Part shown: piece by piece, positions 59,484 through 64,000 of the stretch
How positions within the stretch are numbered: the stretch's first letter is position 1
Layout: each line of letters starts with the position of its first letter
From: Eledone cirrhosa
Lineage: Eukaryota
Length of the DNA stretch: 64,000 nucleotides
Reading direction: 5' to 3'
Assembly (NCBI GenBank): GCA_964016885.1
Contig: OZ024748.1
Location: 5,952,001 to 6,016,000, forward strand
Notes under the pieces: generated by a model
What the model was told of the DNA's origin: nothing
What the model saw: only the letters and a program-made list of their open reading frames with translations
Databases searched by the model: none
Made by a program: the position numbers and the translations under genes

Positions 59484-59906
59484 GCGTGTGTACGCATACA
59501 CAGTCAATCACTCGCACTTACACACATACATACTTACGCAAGAATATCTGTTGAACGTGAGTTAAATCTACTACATGCCTTAATATTAGATTTAAATCAT
59601 CAATACTTTTAGGAAAATATATAAATAGAAATTTAATAATACCCTGTAACTATGAATATTATCACCATTATCATATCTCATGTCATTCACCTATCGATAA
59701 TTCTCTCCCATTTATGTACAGAATTAGGATTTCGAATGCCTATTAATATATATTTATTTGTATATATATATATATATATACATGTGTGTGTATGTGTAGG
59801 GAGGTATGCATTTATGTTCGTATATATGAATATATGTACGTATGTGAGTTTGTATATATGTGAATAAGAATCTAAGTATCCCCTCCCTCTTCTCTATATT
59901 AGATAT

Positions 59907-59937
<31 letters not shown>

Positions 59938-60004
59938 ATTTATATATAGATGTATGTTACAGATACTCTCATGTACATTGGTAAATGTAGTAAATATTTA
60001 CATA

Positions 60005-60108
<104 letters not shown>

Positions 60109-61146
60109 CTGAGAAAATATTGATCATAGGTGAATAACATTAAACGTGTTTTTTCATATAGCATAAACAAGATGAACCTGTCTGTTTTTGAAGTTTTGAA
60201 ATACCTTCTGACTGAGCATAAGTTCCATCGAGTTTCTATCTTGACTACAACTCTAATCTATTGACTGTGCTCAGGTGCAATTTTGTTTTTGAATCGTATA
60301 CGCATTTTGTGATTGGGTAAATCTATAGTTGAATTCTCTATATCCATACTTACTCCTCTGAATTGTCTATCAGCTGCTATTTCCAGAAACAAAATTCTCT
60401 TAAAAACTGCAAGCTCACACAAAATGTACTCTCTTACCTCTTTCTAAACTAATTCTGGAGAAATTGCATAGCAATAAAAGACTGGATAGTCATGGCTGGA
60501 AAACATTTAAGGATATGTCGAATCAGAGAATTCTCAATTCGGATCAAAATGAGTTAAACTTTTCCTCTCGTTCTTTGATAAATCACTTGAGAATACAAAG
60601 TAGAAACAATGTTGTCATACTTAGGTACATACTTACATATATATGTACATGTATATTCATAACTGCATATATTCGTATTTATGTATGTATTTATGTATTT
60701 ATACAATTATGTATGTATGACAACTACATTTATACTAAGACCACCTTCTTACTACAGTCATATACTTGTGTCAGGGATATTAGATTCCTTGCCGTGGATC
60801 ATTGGATGGATGCTTCAGAACGGCTTTGTTTTAAAATTCTTATGACCAATTAAAAATCGTTATCTTCTATTGTGGTTAATTGCTTGTAGTTGTTGTTGCA
60901 AAGTAAATAAAATCGTTGATCTTTTATTATGATATAATATAATATAATATAATATAATTTGATGAACTATAGTATAACGTAATAAAATCTAACGCAATAT
61001 TACACCCTAGAATATATATATAATATAATATACATATCGATATTATACAAAGAAATAATATATAATTATTTCTGATTAAGTGTAATTTAATATCAATAGA
61101 AAAAGAAAGAAATATATACGTCTATACATAAGTCTATATATATATA

Positions 61147-61208
<62 letters not shown>

Positions 61209-61447
61209 GAAAAGAAATTACATACAAGGTTAAAACATCACTAAGACAAAACAACAAGACAAAAAAAAATACAGATTATTAAACAAATACTGGAAACGAT
61301 ACAACAAACGTAAATACGTCGAAAAGAACATCAACATTGACATCAAAAACAAAACACCCCACCAACCAACAATTATGTAAATAAATAAATAGATAAATAG
61401 ATAAATATATATAGAATAAATATATTAATTAATAAATGGCAAAATTA

Positions 61448-61492
<45 letters not shown>

Positions 61493-61726
61493 ACAAACAA
61501 CACTGTGGATATTTCCGGACCAAAATAATGAAATGGTTAATAAACATCAAGTTTTTAGAAACAATGCTGCGTAAGTCACTAGATTAACACTAAATGCTTG
61601 CTGATTGTCAGATCTCTAGTCTAGGCTTGTTTGTATTTTGTTGGGGAGCTTTCTGGTGAAATTTTTTTCTTACTATAAATATTATTGTTGTTCTTATTAT
61701 TATCATTTTTCTAATTATTATTACCA

Positions 61727-61738
61727 TTGTTGTTGTTG

Positions 61739-61833
<95 letters not shown>

Positions 61834-62012
61834 GTTGTTGTTGTTGTTGCTGTTGTTGTTGTTATTGTTGTTGTTGTCCTTGTGTCTTTTGTATTATTAT
61901 ATCTTATTTAACAGTGTTGTTCTTTTGTTTTATTAATTTCTTATGTAGTTTACTTTGTTGCTGTTGTTGTTGTTGCTGTTGTTGTTTTTGTTGTTGTTGT
62001 TGTTACTGTTGT
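61727..62012. repeat. Compound (TGT)n/(TAT)n microsatellite
   Basis: Directly visible; source of the poly-Tyr, poly-Cys and poly-Leu ORFs. Confidence 0.95.
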
Positions 62013-62567
62013 TATAGCTTTTCTTTTAAACAGTTGAGTGTCTAACTTCCGGTAGCGGAACAACATTTCATTATCGTACAAAAAAATTATGGAATTTCTT
62101 TTACGATTCTGATACAAATAAATACACAAATAAAATATATATAAAAATGTAACACAAAAACCAAAAATAAAACAAACACAAACAAACAAACAACGAAGAA
62201 ATCAGACAAACAAATAAACATAACACTTAACAACAACAACAACATTTATATAAATAATAAGAAATATATGTAAAAAATATATACAGAAAGATCATGAAAA
62301 ACATTAAAAATAACGCTTGTGTATGTGTTGGGGCGGCCACTAGGGTGTGTTTGTGTCAGTGGTTGTGATGGTGGTGTGGTGGTGTGGTGGTGTGCTAGTT
62401 TGGTGGCGTGGTGTTGGATTGAGAGGGTGGTGTGGTGGTATGGTGTTGGGGTGAGAGGGTCGGTGGAAGGTGGAGAAAAAAAACGACGAGAGAAAATATA
62501 AAAATAAAAAAGAAGTTGAATAAATAGATAGCTGTATAATCAAACAAAACGAAATCAAATAAATTAC

Positions 62568-62632
<65 letters not shown>

Positions 62633-62683
62633 GTTTCTGTGTGTGTGTATATATATACATATATATATATGTGTGTGTATGCA

Positions 62684-62726
<43 letters not shown>

Positions 62727-62932
62727 ATATATATACATATATATAGACATATAAATATAAATGAATATATATATCTGTGTATATATATATATATATATAT
62801 GTGAATAAGAAATAAGAACAAAGAGAAAGCAATATATATATATATATATGTATATATGTATATATGTATGTATGTATGTTTATGTCTGTGCGAGTATATA
62901 TATATGTATACGAATAAAAAAGAACAAGAAAG

Positions 62933-62971
<39 letters not shown>

Positions 62972-64000
62972 CATACATAAACAACAAAAGCTAAACTAAA
63001 TATGTTGATGATAAAAACAACAGAGAAACACTTTAGTGATATCTTTGCAATTAACAAACATTTTTTTTTATTATTTGTTTTTTTCTTTTAGTATCATCTT
63101 CTGTTTGAATACTATTAACAGCGCCCTCTATATTATTTCATATTTTTCTCTTGTTTGGCTTTTTTGTATCAGTTTGTTTATAAATTGTTTTCTAACTGAG
63201 GCACAAGGCCACTAATGTTTGTGGTAGGTGGTGATATTTACGGTAATAGTGAAGTTTAGGGTTATAGTCGAATATATCAACCTTAACTTTTGATTGGTTT
63301 TATAATTTATTATTTTATGATTGGCAGAGACGCTAGAGTATTGCAAGCTAAGCTTAAATACCATCATGGTCATCTTTGGGTTCAATATTCCCGAAGTTAT
63401 CAAAATAAGATACCAGTAATATACTGTGTCTCAATGTAATCATTCTCTCATCCTCGAATTTACAGGCTTTCTGGCTAAATTAGAAACCATTGAGAAACAT
63501 AATCAGCTGCATATAAAGGCCCAGTGGTGTTTGGCGTGGTTCGAACACAGAGAGCACATGTGTAGGTAACAAGGTATGATATTCTTTGTCAGTAGTATGT
63601 GATTTAAGTCAGAGGTGGCTGCTATCTCCAGCTGTTTTGTGTTAACTTATTGGGGTCTAGTTTTGTTTAAAAACATACCCACAATTTGTGTCAGTAGATA
63701 ATGATTACAAGCCTTCTAAATATGTTAGACTCATCTATTTTCAAGACATAATTTTACCTTATTCAGTAAGCGCCTTAGTTTAAGAAGCCAAGAATTGATT
63801 AGACAAAGATTTTCTGTTAATCTATCATGATTAGTGCACCTAATATCTATACTAAATATGTTCAATATCCAAGTTTCACATCTAAACACATAGAATACCC
63901 GAAAGCAGATTAGCTAGTCTTTTTATACAACCAGTTGGTACAGAATAATTCCTAGTTAAATGTGACCCGGCTGTGGGGAAAATGAACCAATGGATGTATA

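Overview
Very AT-rich, microsatellite-saturated, non-coding eukaryotic DNA with one 200-N assembly gap (33732-33931). The SINE repertoire and (TA)n/(CA)n/(GA)n load suggest an octopod cephalopod; this is inference only. I find no convincing host exon, and almost all ORFs in the track are translated simple repeats. Recognisable elements are two tRNA-derived SINE families, a 3' RTE-type LINE fragment, a piggyBac-like MITE pair and several minisatellites. The main signal is a set of short, mutually dissimilar elements inserted into (TA)n tracts. Most share one layout: (TA)n, a unique tail, an arm, an inverted copy of the arm without the tail, then (TA)n. The arms carry type I hammerhead ribozyme motifs (helix I-CUGANGA-helix II-GAAA-helix III-UH-helix I'). 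I folded about 8 motifs with intact cores by eye, in 5 families, plus several decayed or truncated ones. Tails of unrelated families share a YGAGYRC-like box. The best interpretation is microsatellite-targeting, non-autonomous Penelope-like (pseudo-LTR/retrozyme-like) ribozyme elements. No RT/GIY-YIG driver is visible in the window, and ribozyme activity is untested.
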